Shown here: positions 1 through 13,174 of the stretch, piece by piece | Position numbering within the stretch: position 1 is the stretch's first letter | How the letters are laid out: each line of letters opens with the position of its first letter | From: Antedon mediterranea | Taxonomy: Eukaryota; Animalia; Echinodermata | Direction: 5' to 3' | Length of the DNA: 64,000 bases | Assembly (NCBI RefSeq): GCF_964355755.1 | Contig: NC_092674.1 | Location: forward strand, 19,158,001-19,222,000 | Program-made: the position numbers and the translations under genes | Notes under the pieces: model-generated | The model's input: the letters and a program-made list of their open reading frames with translations, nothing else | The model's database searches: none | What the model was told of the DNA's origin: nothing

Positions 1-3000
1 GTAGGACCGCTGGTCTTGTTTACTCAGCCCTCATCTTTTAAATCTGAGTGTAACTCAATTACGATTTTTAATATTATAGTGAAATTTAATACTGTGTTTG
101 TGAGAAAATGGTGGATTGCTCCTGGGAGTCACTTGGTGGGATTATACTAGGGTACCTCCTTAGTCGTCCAGTATAAGTTAGAGTAGGACCACTGGTCCTG
201 TTTACTCAGCCCTCATCTTTTAAATCTGAGTGTAACTCAATTACGATTTTTAATATTATAGTGAAATTTGATACTGTATTTGTGAGAAAATGGCGGATTG
301 CTCCTGGGAGTCACTTGGTGGGATTATACTTGGGTACCCCCTTAGTCGTCCAGTATAAGTTAGAGTAGGACCGCTGGCCCTGTTGACTCAGCCCTCATCT
401 TTTAAATCTGAGTGTAACTCAATTACGATCTTTAATATTATAGTGAAATTTGATATTGTATTTGTGAGAAAATGGCGGATTGCTCCTGGGAGTCACTTGG
501 TGGGATTGTACTAGGGTACCTCCTTAGTCGTCCAGTATAAGTTAGAGTAGGACCACTGGTCCTGTTTACTCAGCCCTCATCTTTTAAATCTGAGTGTAAC
601 TAAATTACGATCTTTAATATTATAGTGAAATTTGATACTGTATTTGTGAGAAAATGGCGGATTGCTCCTAGTAGGAGTCACTTGGTTGGATTATACTAGG
701 GTAACGCCTTAATCGTCCATTATAAGTTATAGTAGGACCGCTGGTCCCGTTTACTCAGCCCTCATCTTTTAAATCTGAGTGTAACTCAATTACGATTTTT
801 TATATAGTGAATTTGATACTGTATTTGTGAGAAAATGGCGGATTGCTCCTGAGAGTCACTTGGTGGGATTATACTAGGGTACCTCCTTAGTCGTCCAGTA
901 TAAGTTAGAGTAGCACCGCTGGTCTTGTTTACTCAGCCCTCATCTTTTAAATCTGAGTGTAACTCAATTACGATTTTTAATATTATAGTGAAATTTGATA
1001 CTGTATTTGTGAGAAAATGGCGGATTGCTCCTGGGAGTCACTTGGTGGGACTATACTAGGTTACCTCCTTAGTCGTTCAGTATAAGTTAGGGTGGGACCA
1101 CTGGTCCCGTTTACTCAGCCCTCATCTTTTAAATCTGAGTGTAACTCAATTCCGATTTTTAATATTATAGTGAAATTTGATACTGTATTTGTGAGAAAAT
1201 GGCGGATTGCTGCTCGGAGTCACTTGGTGGGATTATACTAGGGTACCTCCTTAGTCGTCCAGTATAAGTTAGAGTAGGACCACTTGTCCTGTTTACTCAG
1301 CCCTCATCTTTTAAATCTGAGTGTAACTCAATTACGATTTTTAATATTATAGTGAAATTTGATACTGTATTTGTGAGAAAATGGCGGATTGCTCCTGGGA
1401 GTCACTTGGTGGGATTATACTAGGGTACCTCCTTAGTCGTCCAGTATAAGTTAGAGTAGGACCGCTGGTCTTGTTTACTCAGCCCTCATCTTTTAAATCT
1501 GAGTGTAACTCAATTACGATTTTTAATATTATAGTGAAATTTGATACTGTATTTGTGAGAAAATGGCGGATTGCTCCTGGGAGTCACTTGGTGAGATTAT
1601 ACTAGGGTACCTCCTTAGTCATCCAGTATAAGTTAGAGTAGGACCACTGGTCCTGTTTACTCAGCCCTCATCTTTTAAATCTGAGTGTAACTCAATTACG
1701 ATCTTTAATATTATAGTGAAATTTGATACTGTATTTGTGAGAAAATGGCGGATTGGTCCTGGGAGTCACTTGGTGGGATTATACTAGGGGACCTCCTTAA
1801 TTGTCCAGTATAAGTTAAAATAGGACCGCTGGTCCCGTTTACTCAGCCCTCATCTTTTAAATCTGAATGTAACTCAATTACGATTTTTTATATAGTGAAA
1901 TTTGATACTGTATTTGTGAGAAAATGGCGGATTGCTCCTGGGAGTCACTTGGTGGGATTATACTAGGGTACCTCCTTAGTTGTCCAGTATAAGTTAGGGT
2001 GGGACCACTGGTCCCGTTTACTCAGCCCTCATCTTTTAAATCTGAGTGTAACTCAATTCCGATTTTTAATATTATAGTGAAATTTGATACTGTATTTGTG
2101 AGAAAATGGCGGATTGCTCCTGGGAGTCACTTGGTGGGATTAAACTAGGGTACCTCCTTAGTCGTTCAGTATAAGTTAGGGTAGGACCGCTGGTCCTGTT
2201 TACTCAGCCCTCATCTTTTAAATCTGAGTGTAACTCAATTACGATCTTTAATATTATAGTGAAATTTGATACTGTATTTGTGAGAAAATGGCGGATTGCA
2301 CCTAGGAGTCACTTGGTGGGATTATACTAGGGGACCTCCTTAATCGTCAAGTATAAGTTAGAGTAGGACCGCTGGTCCCGTTTACTCAGCCCTCATCTTT
2401 TAAATCTGAGTGTAACTCAATTACGATTTTTTATATAGTGAAATTTGATACTGTATTTGTGAGAAAATGGCGGATTGCTCCTGGGAGTCACTTGGTTGGA
2501 CTATACTAGGTTACCTCCTTAGTCGTCCAGTATAAGTTAGAGTAGGACCGCTGGTCCCGTTTACTCAGCCCTCATCTTTTAAATCTGAGTGTAACTCAAT
2601 TACGATTTTTTATATAGTGAAATTTGATACTGTATTTGTGAGAAAATGGCGGATTGCTCCTGGGAGTCACTTGGTGGGATTATACTAGGGTACCTCCTTA
2701 GTCGTCCAGTATAAGTTAGGGTGGGACCGCTGGTCCCGTTTACTCAGCCCTCATCTTTTAAATCTGAGTGTAACTCAATTACGATCTTTTAATATTATAG
2801 TGAAATTTGATACTGTATTTGTGAGAAAATGGCGGATTGCTCTTAGGAGTCACTTGGTGGGATTATACTAGGGGATTTGTGAGAATTTTCTCACAAATAC
2901 AGTATCAAATTTCACTATAATAATAAAGATCGTAATTGAGTTACACTCAGATTTAAAAGATGAGGGCTGAGTAAACAGGACCAGCGGTCCTACTCTAACT

Positions 3001-5975
3001 TATACTGGACGACTAAGGAGGTACCCTAGTATAATCCCACCAAGTGACTCCCAGGAGCAATCCGCCATTTTCTCACAAATACAGTATCAAATTTGACTAT
3101 ATAAAAAATTGTAATTGAGTTACACTCAGATTTAAAAGATGAGGGCTGAGTAATCGGGACCAGCGGTCCTACTCTAACTTATACTGGACGATTAAGGAGG
3201 TCCCCTAGTATTATCCCACCAAGTGACTCCCAGGAGCATTCCGCCATTTTCTCACAAATACAGTATCAAATTTCACTATAATATTAAAGATCGTAATTGA
3301 GTTACACTCAGATTTAAAAGATGAGGGCTGAGTCAACAAGGCCAGCGGTCCTACTCTAACTTATACTGGACGACTAAGGAGGTACCCAAGTATAATCCCA
3401 CCAAGTGACTCCCAGGAGCAATCCGCCATTTTCTCACAAATACAGTATCAAATTTCACTATAATATTAAAAATCGTAATTGAGTTACACTCAGATTTAAA
3501 AGATGAGGGCTGAGTAAACAGGACCAGTGGTCCTACTCTAACTTTTACTGGACGACTAAAGAGGTACCCTAGTATAATCCCACCAAGTGACTCCCAGGAG
3601 CAATCCGCCATTTTCTCACAAATACAGTATCAAATTTCACTATAATATTAAAAATCGGAATTGAGTTACACTCAGATTTAAAAGATGAGGGCTGAGTAAA
3701 CGGGACCAGTGGTCCCACCCTAACTTATACTGGACGACTAAGGAGGTACCCTAGTATAATCCCACCAAGTGACTCCCAGGAGCAATCCGCCATTTTCTCA
3801 CAAATACAGTATCAAATTTCACTATAATATTAAAAATCGTAATTGAGTTACACTCAGATTTAAAAGATGAGGGCTGAGTAAACAAGACCAGCGGTCCTAC
3901 TCTAACTTATACTGGACGATTAAGGAGGTCCCCTAGTATTATCCCACCAAGTGACTCCCAGGAGCATTCCGCCATTTTCTCACAAATACAGTATCAAATT
4001 TCACTATAATATTAAAGATCGTAATTGAGTTACACTCAGATTTAAAAGATGAGGGCTGAGTAAACGGGACCAGCGGTCCTACTCTAACTTATACTGGACG
4101 ATTAAGGAGGTCCCCTAGTATAATCCCACCAAGTGACTCCTAGGAGCAATCCGCCATTTTCTCACAAATACAGTATCAAATTTCACTATAATATTAAAGA
4201 TCGTAATTGAGTTACACTCAGATTTAAAAGATGAGGGCTGAGTAAACAGGGCCAGCGGTCCTACTCTAACTTATACTGTACGACTAAGGAGGTACCCTAG
4301 TCTAATCCAACCAAGTGACTCCCAGGAGCAATCCGCTATTTTCTCACAAATACAGTATCAAATTTCACTATAATATTAAAAATCGTAATTGAGTTACACT
4401 CAGAATTAAAAGATGAGGGCTGAGTAAACAAGACCAGCGGTCCTACTCTAACTTATACTGGACGACTAAGGAGGTACCCTAGTATAATCCCACCAAATGA
4501 CTCCCAGGAGCAATCCGCCATTTTCTCACAAATACAGTATCAAATTTCACTATATAAAAAATTGTAATTGAGTTACACTCAGATTTAAAAGATGAGGGCT
4601 GAGTAAACGGGACCAGTGGTCCTACTCTAACTTATACTGGACGATTAAGGAGGTCCCCTAGTATAATCCCACCAAGTGACTCTTAGGAGCAATCCGCCAT
4701 TTTCTCACAAATACAGTATCAAATTTCACTATAATATTAAAGATCGTAATTGAGTTACACTCAGATTTAAAAGATGAGGGCTGAGTAAACAAGGCCAGCG
4801 GTCCTACTCTAACTTATACTGGACGACTAAGGAAGTACCCTAGTATAATCCAACCAAGTGACTCCCAGGAGCAATCCGCCATTTTCTCACAAATACAGTA
4901 TCAAATTTAACTATAATATTAAAAATCGTAATTGAGTTACACTCAGATTTAAAAGATGAGGGCTGAGTAAACAGGACCAGCTAACTTATACTGGACGACT
5001 AAGGAGGTACCCAAGTATAATCCCACCAAGTGACTCCCAGGAGCAATCCGCCATTTTCTCACAAATACAGTATCAAATTTCTCTATAATATTAAAAATCG
5101 TAATTGAGTTACACTCAGATTTAAAAGATGAGGGCTGAGTAAACAGGACCAGTGGTCCTACTCTAACTTATACTGGACGACTAAGGAGGTATCCTAGTTT
5201 AATCCCACCAAGTGACTCCCAGGAGCAATCCGCGATTTTCTCACAAATACAGTATCAAATTTCACTATAATATTAAAAATCGTAATTGAGTTACACTCAG
5301 ATTTAAAAGATGAGGGCTGAGTAAACAGGACCAGCGGTTCTACTCTAACTTATACTTGACGATTAAGGAGGTCCCCTAGTATAATCCCACCAAGTGACTC
5401 CTAGGAGCAATCCGCCATTTTCTCACAAATACAGTATCAAATTTCACTATAATATTAAAAATCGTAATTGAGTTACACTCAGATTTAAAAGATGAGGGCT
5501 GAGTAAACAGGACCAGTGGTCCTACTCTAACTTATACTGGACGACTAAGGAGGTACCCTAGTATAATCCCACCAAGTGACTCCCAGGAGCAATCCGCCAT
5601 TTTCTCACAAATTCAGTATCAAATTTCACTATAATATTAAAAATCGTAATTGAGTTACACTCAGATTTAAAAGATGAGGGCTGAGTAAACGGGACCAGTG
5701 GTCCCACCCTAACTTATACTGGACGACTAAGGAGGTACCCTAGTATAATCCCACCAAGTGACTCTCAGGAGCAATCCGCCATTTTCTCACAAATACAGTA
5801 TCAAATTTCACTATAATATTAAAAATCGTAATTGAGTTACACTCAGATTTAAAAGATGAGGGCTGAGTAAACAGGACCAGCGGTTCTACTCTAACTTATA
5901 CTTGACGATTAAGGAGGTCCCCTAGTATAATCCCACCAATTGACTCCTAGGAGCAATCCACCATTTTCTCACAAA
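1..5975. repeat. 182-bp tandem satellite array: about 16 units forward (1-2874) then about 17 units reverse-complemented (2888-5975)
   Basis: GTAGGACC recurs at 1, 183, 365. After about 2886 the same unit appears as its reverse complement (ttttctcacaaatacagtatc...). The array runs off the window start. Confidence 0.97.
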
Positions 5976-6127
5976 TATTGAATTTCTAATACTATAAAAA
6001 CCTTAAGCAATACTGAAAATGTGAAAAATACACAAACGGCGTTTCATACTTATTGTCGGCTGGAAAAAATAAAAGTGGGCTGGCTTATTGTCGGCTGGCT
6101 TATTGTCGGCTAGCTTGACACAAGCCG
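5976..6127. mobile_element. Putative transposon terminus capping the satellite arm (15-bp subterminal repeats)
   Basis: Three copies of (gg)cttattgtcggct at about 6049, 6082 and 6097, ending ...gacacaagcc directly after the last satellite unit. Confidence 0.4.
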
Positions 6128-6699
6128 TACGTACGACGTGAAGGAGATGTAGTCGTCACGGATGGATGAATAATTAATGAATGAATCCCGTCATCATCGT
6201 AACGCGAAAGCGTTTCACCAAACTCATCCTAAACTCCTTCTTGGGACACGTCACTTCCCTGAACCACACTTTCTTGTGCAAATATGACGGTATCATCTGC
6301 CAACTGACATATTTTTGCTGTACATTTAGTCCAGTCAATCTAATGATATACCCACCACAAATTGCAATAGTAACAAAGCTAGTATTTTTTAATTCGATAT
6401 AATTTGTAGAACGACATACTAAAAGTCACCGAAAATCCAAGCATTGGGTCAAGGGGTCAGAGGTCAATAAAGGTCATTTTAAGTCAAAATTAATATGCCC
6501 CATTAATTACATATATTTAACCATTTAAAATACATTATATACAAGTGGGATTTATGTCATCCGAAAGCTTATTAAATTTCCTATTCAGTGATATCAAACT
6601 TATAGTCATAACATTTTATTTAGAATGTCAATTTTGCGGAAAAACACAACATAATGTGTCAATTTTGGCTAAAAATGTTGTTTTCGCTGTAAACAACAA

Positions 6700-8520
6700 T
6701 GGTATACACACAGGGATTCCCTGGGGTGAACATTTCAGTCCAACGCGATACACATGACCAGTTCAAGATGCAGATGAGTGACATCTCCGTTCCTGTTGCT
6801 TCTGGATGATCTACATTCCATTTTTTCCAGTTGGCATTTTTGTTGCCATGGTTACAGTATTTATATTGGAATGTATAAGTATTTTTTAACCAGTATAAAT
6901 ACAAAGATATTCAACAGCAGTTTGACAATGACCTCCATGTTGTATGACGTTCGGACCATCTGGGCTGGATTGTCAACAGACCTGCAGGTGATTGAAAAAG
7001 TTTCTATGAGAAGCCTCAAAGAAAACAAGAGGTTTGACAAGAAAATATAGGAATGCGTACATCCAGACCAAATCTGCGCTGAAATGTATGTAATGCCTTG
7101 TAATAGTATCAGGGCGTTACTTCAGAGCAGCAGCGGCCAACATAAGACCTTATGGCCACACGTCAGGAACACAATGGCAATTGAAAAATCCATTTGGTTA
7201 CGACTCAGAGACTTCTGACACGGGAGTTACTGCAGGTGACTCGGAATATTAGCAATGTGGTCCCGAATGTGGTATTAAGCATTGAATATTTTGGCCAGAA
7301 AGTCTTCCAATGTATTCAAGATCCTGGCAATAAAGTCATATGTGTGCATCAATCCTACAGTTCCAGAGGAGACTCTAGGTGACTTTGTTATCCACCACCA
7401 CTTTTTGAAACTACCAACTTACAATACTTTCAGCTAATAAACCAACATGATGCCACGTGGAAACAACTTCTTCTGAAAAGTATAATACATCCAACTCACT
7501 GAATGATGTCCAGTAGGCCTACATTTTAGATGTTAGTGCTCTACTGCACAGCATTCATATGGAATAGTGTAGAGATCTGTAAAAAAATATTGCTCTGCAT
7601 AGTCTTTGATAATTATGAAAGCGGCTCGTCCACCAAAGACGGCGCACATGGTAAGGCGGGTCAGGTGGTAGTGTCCCTGTACATTTTACCAGTGACATGT
7701 TCCACAAAATAGGATCACTTTCTGTAACAAACAACAATTTATAAATCTTCGTAACTAGTATTTGAACAACATGGCAATGAGTGAATGCAGCTGCTGATGC
7801 AGATGTTCTTTCGGATAGTACAAAAAACCATTGAATCAGCAAACAGGAAAACAGCTGTCATTATCCGATGACACGGATCTACTAGTGCTCCTCTGCAGTC
7901 AAGCATTTAAAACATCTTGTGATATTCTTTAGACTGGAGCTGAGATGCTGGACTATCAAACTGGTTCAAACAGTACATTTGAGAGACATCTGTGATAACC
8001 TTCTGTTTGCTCAGATACTGGTGACACAACATCCAGAGTTTTCGGAATTGGAAAACAAGTGGCTCTAAAAAAAGCTTGTCATTGCACTTATTTCTGACAT
8101 TATACTGTAGTCTTCAAATGCAAACAAGCTACAAAGGATGACATTGTGGTTGCTAGAGAAAATGGTTTAGTGCGTCTGTACAATGGACTACCTGGACAAC
8201 GTGGAATGCCTTTGACTCCATCCCATCTACAAGTACAACCTCGCATATCGCCAACTTCATAATCGTACCACAACCAAGGTACTTAACATCAGGTTCAAGT
8301 TCAAGTTATCTTTTAGCAATGGAGTGGGGTTGATATGTGTACCGAGGATTGGGGATGGAAGATCAGATGATGGAAACATGGTTCCTCTACACACAGAGTT
8401 AAAGCCAGAGCCTGAGTATCTACTTGAAGCATTCAGGGGTAACTAGAACTACATGTGGTGAATGCAATGACATTGCACTGTACTAATACCCGAACAAGAA
8501 AGTGATACTGATGACATATA
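6700..8520 (+). pseudogene. Academ transposase/XPG-like nuclease remnant
   Basis: Frameshifted, stop-containing motifs typical of Academ proteins (DL.IEQ..MRS.K; VFDGY...STKD; GCDTTS..GIGK; WGW; Cys-rich tail). Confidence 0.75.
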
Positions 8521-8659
8521 AGTTGTGAGTGCTTTTCTATTTGAAGGATTAAACAATATCATCCCACACGGAGCAATTCAAATAAAAAGGTCTGGATTAA
8601 AATGATCTTACAAAATATACAAAAATATCACAATATACAGTACAATATAACAAGAGTCA

Positions 8660-9445
8660 AAGTTCAAGAATTTAAGAGTCGGATGGCAACTGGCAAAAAC
8701 GAATTTCTTTTCCAGTTTGTTCTACATGCCGGGCATTGAAAGCGACGCCCATGAGGCATGAGCTCGAAATCACTGAACAAGGCATGGTTAACATTTTTTA
8801 GAATAGCTCTACTTTTTTTAGAGTTTGCATGTCACAGAAGGAAGACAAGCTACGAAGTTGACAACCTATTAATTTAGAACTTCAGTTAACAACTTTGTAG
8901 TGAGTTTCTTTCTTTGACTCTAAGACTAAAAAACCAGCATATAAAGGAAAAAAGTTAAAACTTCTCAATAAAGGAATTATAAAAAATCATGAGAATTACT
9001 TTATTGACATTAAAATGGTTCAGCTTCCTTAACAGATAAAATCTCTGGTGTCCTTTCTTTACTATTGCCTCTGTATTTAATTCCCAGCTGAGATTGTCCT
9101 CAAATATAGTACCTAGGTATTTAAAGGAATGGACAATATCGCTGGTTCGTCATTTGTGGGGGATACCAGAGGGCTGCGTCCTTTCTCCTTCCTAAAATCT
9201 ACAATTATCTCCTTGGTTTTGGTGACATTGAGTTCCAAGTAGGAGTTTCCACAAAATTGGATAAAACCATCTAATGCGGAACCATGACCGTCCTGTGAAT
9301 TTTGAAGGAGAGACAGCAAGACAGTGTCGTCAGCAAATTTGAAAAGATTGTCCTGTTTGCTCCGACAGTCATCCGTGTATATAATATACAAGAGAGGAGA
9401 GAAGACGCAACCCTGCGAAGATAAAATACTTCTCATTACGTACAT
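8660..9445 (-). mobile_element. Rex1/Babar-like LINE 3' fragment inserted in the Academ element
   Basis: QGCVFSPLLYIIYTDDC...KFADDTV...LELNVTKTKEIIVDFRK, and C-terminal NSFLPVAIRLLNS* near 8670. Confidence 0.8.
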
Positions 9446-10949
9446 TCGTTGATACTAAAATTATCAAAAATCTATCTATAGTAAATCATGAGTTGATTCC
9501 AAATTATCAAGACTCATTAATTAATCATCAATAGTACATACCGCTAATGAATTTCAATTTTCTTCTAGCTAGTATCATTTTTCCTATTTCATGACGATAC
9601 AATAGGTACAAGAAAAACATTATTTGCACCAAATACTTCCAAAATATAAATATAATATATATAAACATAATTTAGTTTTACGCTATTTTAAGAACATTTG
9701 AGTTTTTGTAAAAGGTCAATGACCTTTTGACCTCTAGTTACGTATAACTGTTATTAATTGTTTTTTTAATGTATATTATTAGTAGGATATATATACTCTA
9801 CACATTGGTACTAAAGCTATTTAGATATGATTATAAAACAATGGATTATAGGCATAAACGCTACCCCCTACCCCAAAATTGTTTACATTACATTTGATCA
9901 AGAATCAATTTCAATAAGAATAGTACATCATTACTTTTAAAATTCTTCTAGTTAACATCATGTTTGCTATTTTATATATCGATAGGTACAGATAAAACAC
10001 AATTTTGATTAAATGCATATACAATTATGGCACAATATTACAGTTAATTATTTTTTTAAGGAAAAAAATGAGTTTTTGTAAAAGGTCAATAACCTTTTGA
10101 CCTCTAGTTATATAAATAAATGTTGTATTTGGTTTTTGTAAATTGCATATTAGAAAAAAATATATATTCTACACATTGATATCAAGATTATTGAGATTGG
10201 ATTATAAAACCACAAGTTATGGGCATAAATGTTACCCCCTACCCCAAAATATTTATGGAATAAAATCACTATATAGTTGTTGAGATTACGTAAAAAATAA
10301 TGTGTTCCAATGCTTCAATTTTTGGTGACTTTTAATATGTCATTATAAACTACATTTGGAATGAAAAAATTAATGTTTCGTTACTATTGCAATTTGTGGT
10401 GGGTTTACCTCTAAATATCACTAGATTGACTGGACTAATTCATTAACATCATTGATATTACTTGGCATTGTGGATTTTTTTACAGATAATATAAATAGGA
10501 GAGCAAACAGTGGACATCCTTGCCTCACTGGGCCACTTTCCATCTAAAAACTTTCAGGAGCCATCCATTATTTTCAATAACACATGTGTCTTTGTAAATC
10601 AATTCAATCCATTTGGAGAACGAGATACCAAATCCAAACTTTTTAAGACATTTTAACATAAAGCATCTATCGAAGATTCGAACGCTTTTGCAAAATCTAA
10701 GAAAACTATTGCTCCAGGCGAGTTACTTATATCGGTCTTAACTTCAACATTCATAAAATAACCTTATATTATAATTATCATAGGCCTAATTCAATGCCAA
10801 TAATGATATTGTTTATAAGTAAAACAACAACACTAACAAACCAGTACAATCAAGATGTGTCGGTCGTCAACATTCGTGGCCGTTTTACTAATTGATGTTG
10901 TTAGCGTACGTGGAATACAATACAGGTAAGATTATAAACATTTTTAATT

Positions 10950-12776
10950 TTGAGACTAACTTTTCAAAATCCTCCGCGATGCTTAAACAGTTCAATGGTT
11001 TTAATAAAGACGTTCTATTAGCTTGGAGCGAGTATAGTTTCAAAGAATCGAGCTAAATGAGTGAGTGGCCGAGCGGTTAAGACAGTGGAACCGTAATTAC
11101 GTAGCCATAACATCGGCAGGGGTTCGAGGCTCACTCACTCCATGGTTCTGATGGTAGAACGAGTCTTCTCGGATAAGGACTATAAACTGTAGGTCCAGTG
11201 TACACATAGCTCATGCGCACTTTAAAGAACCTAGTACATCTTTCGAGACGAGTAGGGGGTTACCCCGGTGTATTAGTACATCACAACCACTGATCACCAA
11301 CTGGGCCCTCTGGGAGCCAAGTCTTTGACTGAAGAGGTTACCCAGTATAAATGTAAATTTCAAATTTCAATTAATTTTGAAGCTCACAGAGAACTGAAGT
11401 ATGCCCGAATTTTATCAAGAAAATGTTAAAAGTAACAGTGTACTTCAATAGTATTAATAATGCATACTCAGAAAATGAAGTAGAAACACAGCAATTGTTG
11501 GAAAATAATTTCATAAAATGTAACGAAAAAACAATATATTTCGAAAATTGGTTACAAGCAGGGTACAAAAAAGTAAAAGATATAATAGTAGATTATAGAT
11601 TAATATCATTCGAAGAAATAATCCCCAACCTTTCAAAACAACAAAATGGTCTGATTGGGTTTTTTATGTTAATAAATGCAATTCCTTCTGAGTAGAAGAA
11701 AATAATTAAAAATAATGAAATCGAAAGAGACAATATATATTTCATGAGACAACAAATTTATTGTAAAAAGCACAAAAACTCATTTTACTATAGACAACAT
11801 ATCAATAATATTTCAATTGCCCCATCTTGTGAATCGAAATGGGAAACACTTTTTTAGAAATGTAAACCTCGATTGGAAAGAAATATCTTATAACAAAGTT
11901 TATATTATAAAACATGTTACGAAATTAGCACAATTTAATTTTAAGCTGATACACTGTATACTTGCATGTAAAAAACGTATGAAGGTATGGAAGCTATCTT
12001 CTACAGAGTTATGCGACTACTGTCGAACTGAACCAGAAACACATGCTATTAAAGTGTTCAACTTGCATGGAATAATTTTAATTCCATGATTCAAGACTGC
12101 TATACACTTAACGAAACAGTTAATAACTGGATAGATATAGTTACTGGAACAAAAAGTAAAAATGTAAATGAATTAATCTCATTGTTAACCTTCTGTATAT
12201 ATAAATCTAAATATACCAAATCTTCAGAAAAATATACAAAAAGATCAACAATGACTTGAGCTTGTTCCGAGTAGAACTCAGAAATGTATTAGCTAACCAA
12301 TATGCTTGTAATGTAAATAAAGCTCACATTAAATGGGCTAAAGTAAAAGATAAATTAATGAATCACATTTCATAAAATCGAAATAAAAAACTCTTTTTTT
12401 TTCTTTTCTCTTTCTTTCTTTTTCTTTCATCTATATTGAGAAAAATTTAAAAGAAATACAAAAGTAACTTTTTTTTAATACACTTATTGTATTTTACTAT
12501 AAAACAGAAAGATGAAAAGAAAGGAAAGAAATATAGAAAGAAAAACAACGCTTCAATACGTTAGCCAAATGTTATAAGAGGGTATGTGCCAATATAACCA
12601 ATTATGTTTAGGTTTTAAAAGATATCCAATTTTTCTTTTAAATATATCTCTTTTAACCATATAATTGTACATACATGTTATAAACACATTTTTTAAATAT
12701 GTAATCTTTGTATATCTTTGTCATGAATGGATTAATGAATAAAAGTGGGCTAAACCCACGAAAGAGAAAAAAAAAT
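10950..12776 (+). mobile_element. L1/Tx1 LINE 3' fragment (ORF2 C-terminus, 3' UTR, A tail)
   Basis: KDVLLAWSEY, LLENNFIKC..TIYFENWLQAG, KLAQFNFKLIHCIL...CDYC...ETH. Ends AATAAAAGTGGGCTAAACCCAC plus an A-run. Confidence 0.85.
11059..11372 (+). mobile_element. tRNA-derived SINE with a MetaSINE-like central domain
   Basis: A box TGGCCGAGCGG and B box GGTTCGAGGC. Central ggataaggactataaactgtaggtcc...gcactttaaagaacc. Short-repeat tail (aatttca)n. Interrupts the L1 fragment. Confidence 0.8.
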
Positions 12777-13174
12777 GTTTAAGTTAATCAATGATATGAC
12801 GTCATCAAATCAAACGTCATGAATTTACGTTTATTTTTGTTTTTAAATCTATCAAGAATACTAAAAACAATTGAACGTAAATTCGCTCTACATGCAATAT
12901 TAAATATATAATTGAAATGACATTAAATTATAATAATTACAATAGGGGTATAAGGTTATTTTGTGAATTTTTAATTATAAATCGGTTATTTTTTGAATGA
13001 TTAATTAATGATTAAATAAATTGTTTATGAATAAATGAATATGATTAGGAAACTGAATATTAATTTTTGAATTTTTAATTTGTCCAATATGAGAACAATA
13101 ATAATCATATAGGCCTACAGTAAAATAATATTTATTGATAGTAGTAAACATGATGTTTATACAACAGAGTATGT

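Larger units (their letters stand above)
6327..10437 (+). mobile_element. Academ-superfamily DNA transposon (degenerate)
   Basis: TIRs of about 120-130 bp start TAGTCCAGTCAATCTA (6327) and end TAGATTGACTGGACTA (10437). 3-bp ATT flanks both sides. Internal fragments: WAGLSTDLQVIEKVSMRSLK, VFDNYESGSSTKDGAH, AADADVL, DTTSRVFGIGK, EDWGWK. Confidence 0.85.
6240..10730 (-). mobile_element. L1/Tx1 reverse-transcriptase fragment split by the Academ insertion (pieces about 6240-6326 and 10438-10730)
   Basis: The minus strand reads ...ENNGW...VRQGCPLFALLFILSV...NECTAKICQLADDTVIFAQ, continuous across the Academ insertion once it is removed. Confidence 0.8.

Noticed and set aside
3351-3611. 86-aa ORF in the satellite
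   Set aside because: Chance open frame across repeat units; neighbouring units contain stops.
11059-11142. tRNA gene
   Set aside because: It has A/B boxes but continues into a SINE body and tail. Partial heads near 17338, 47460 and 48050 are also incomplete.
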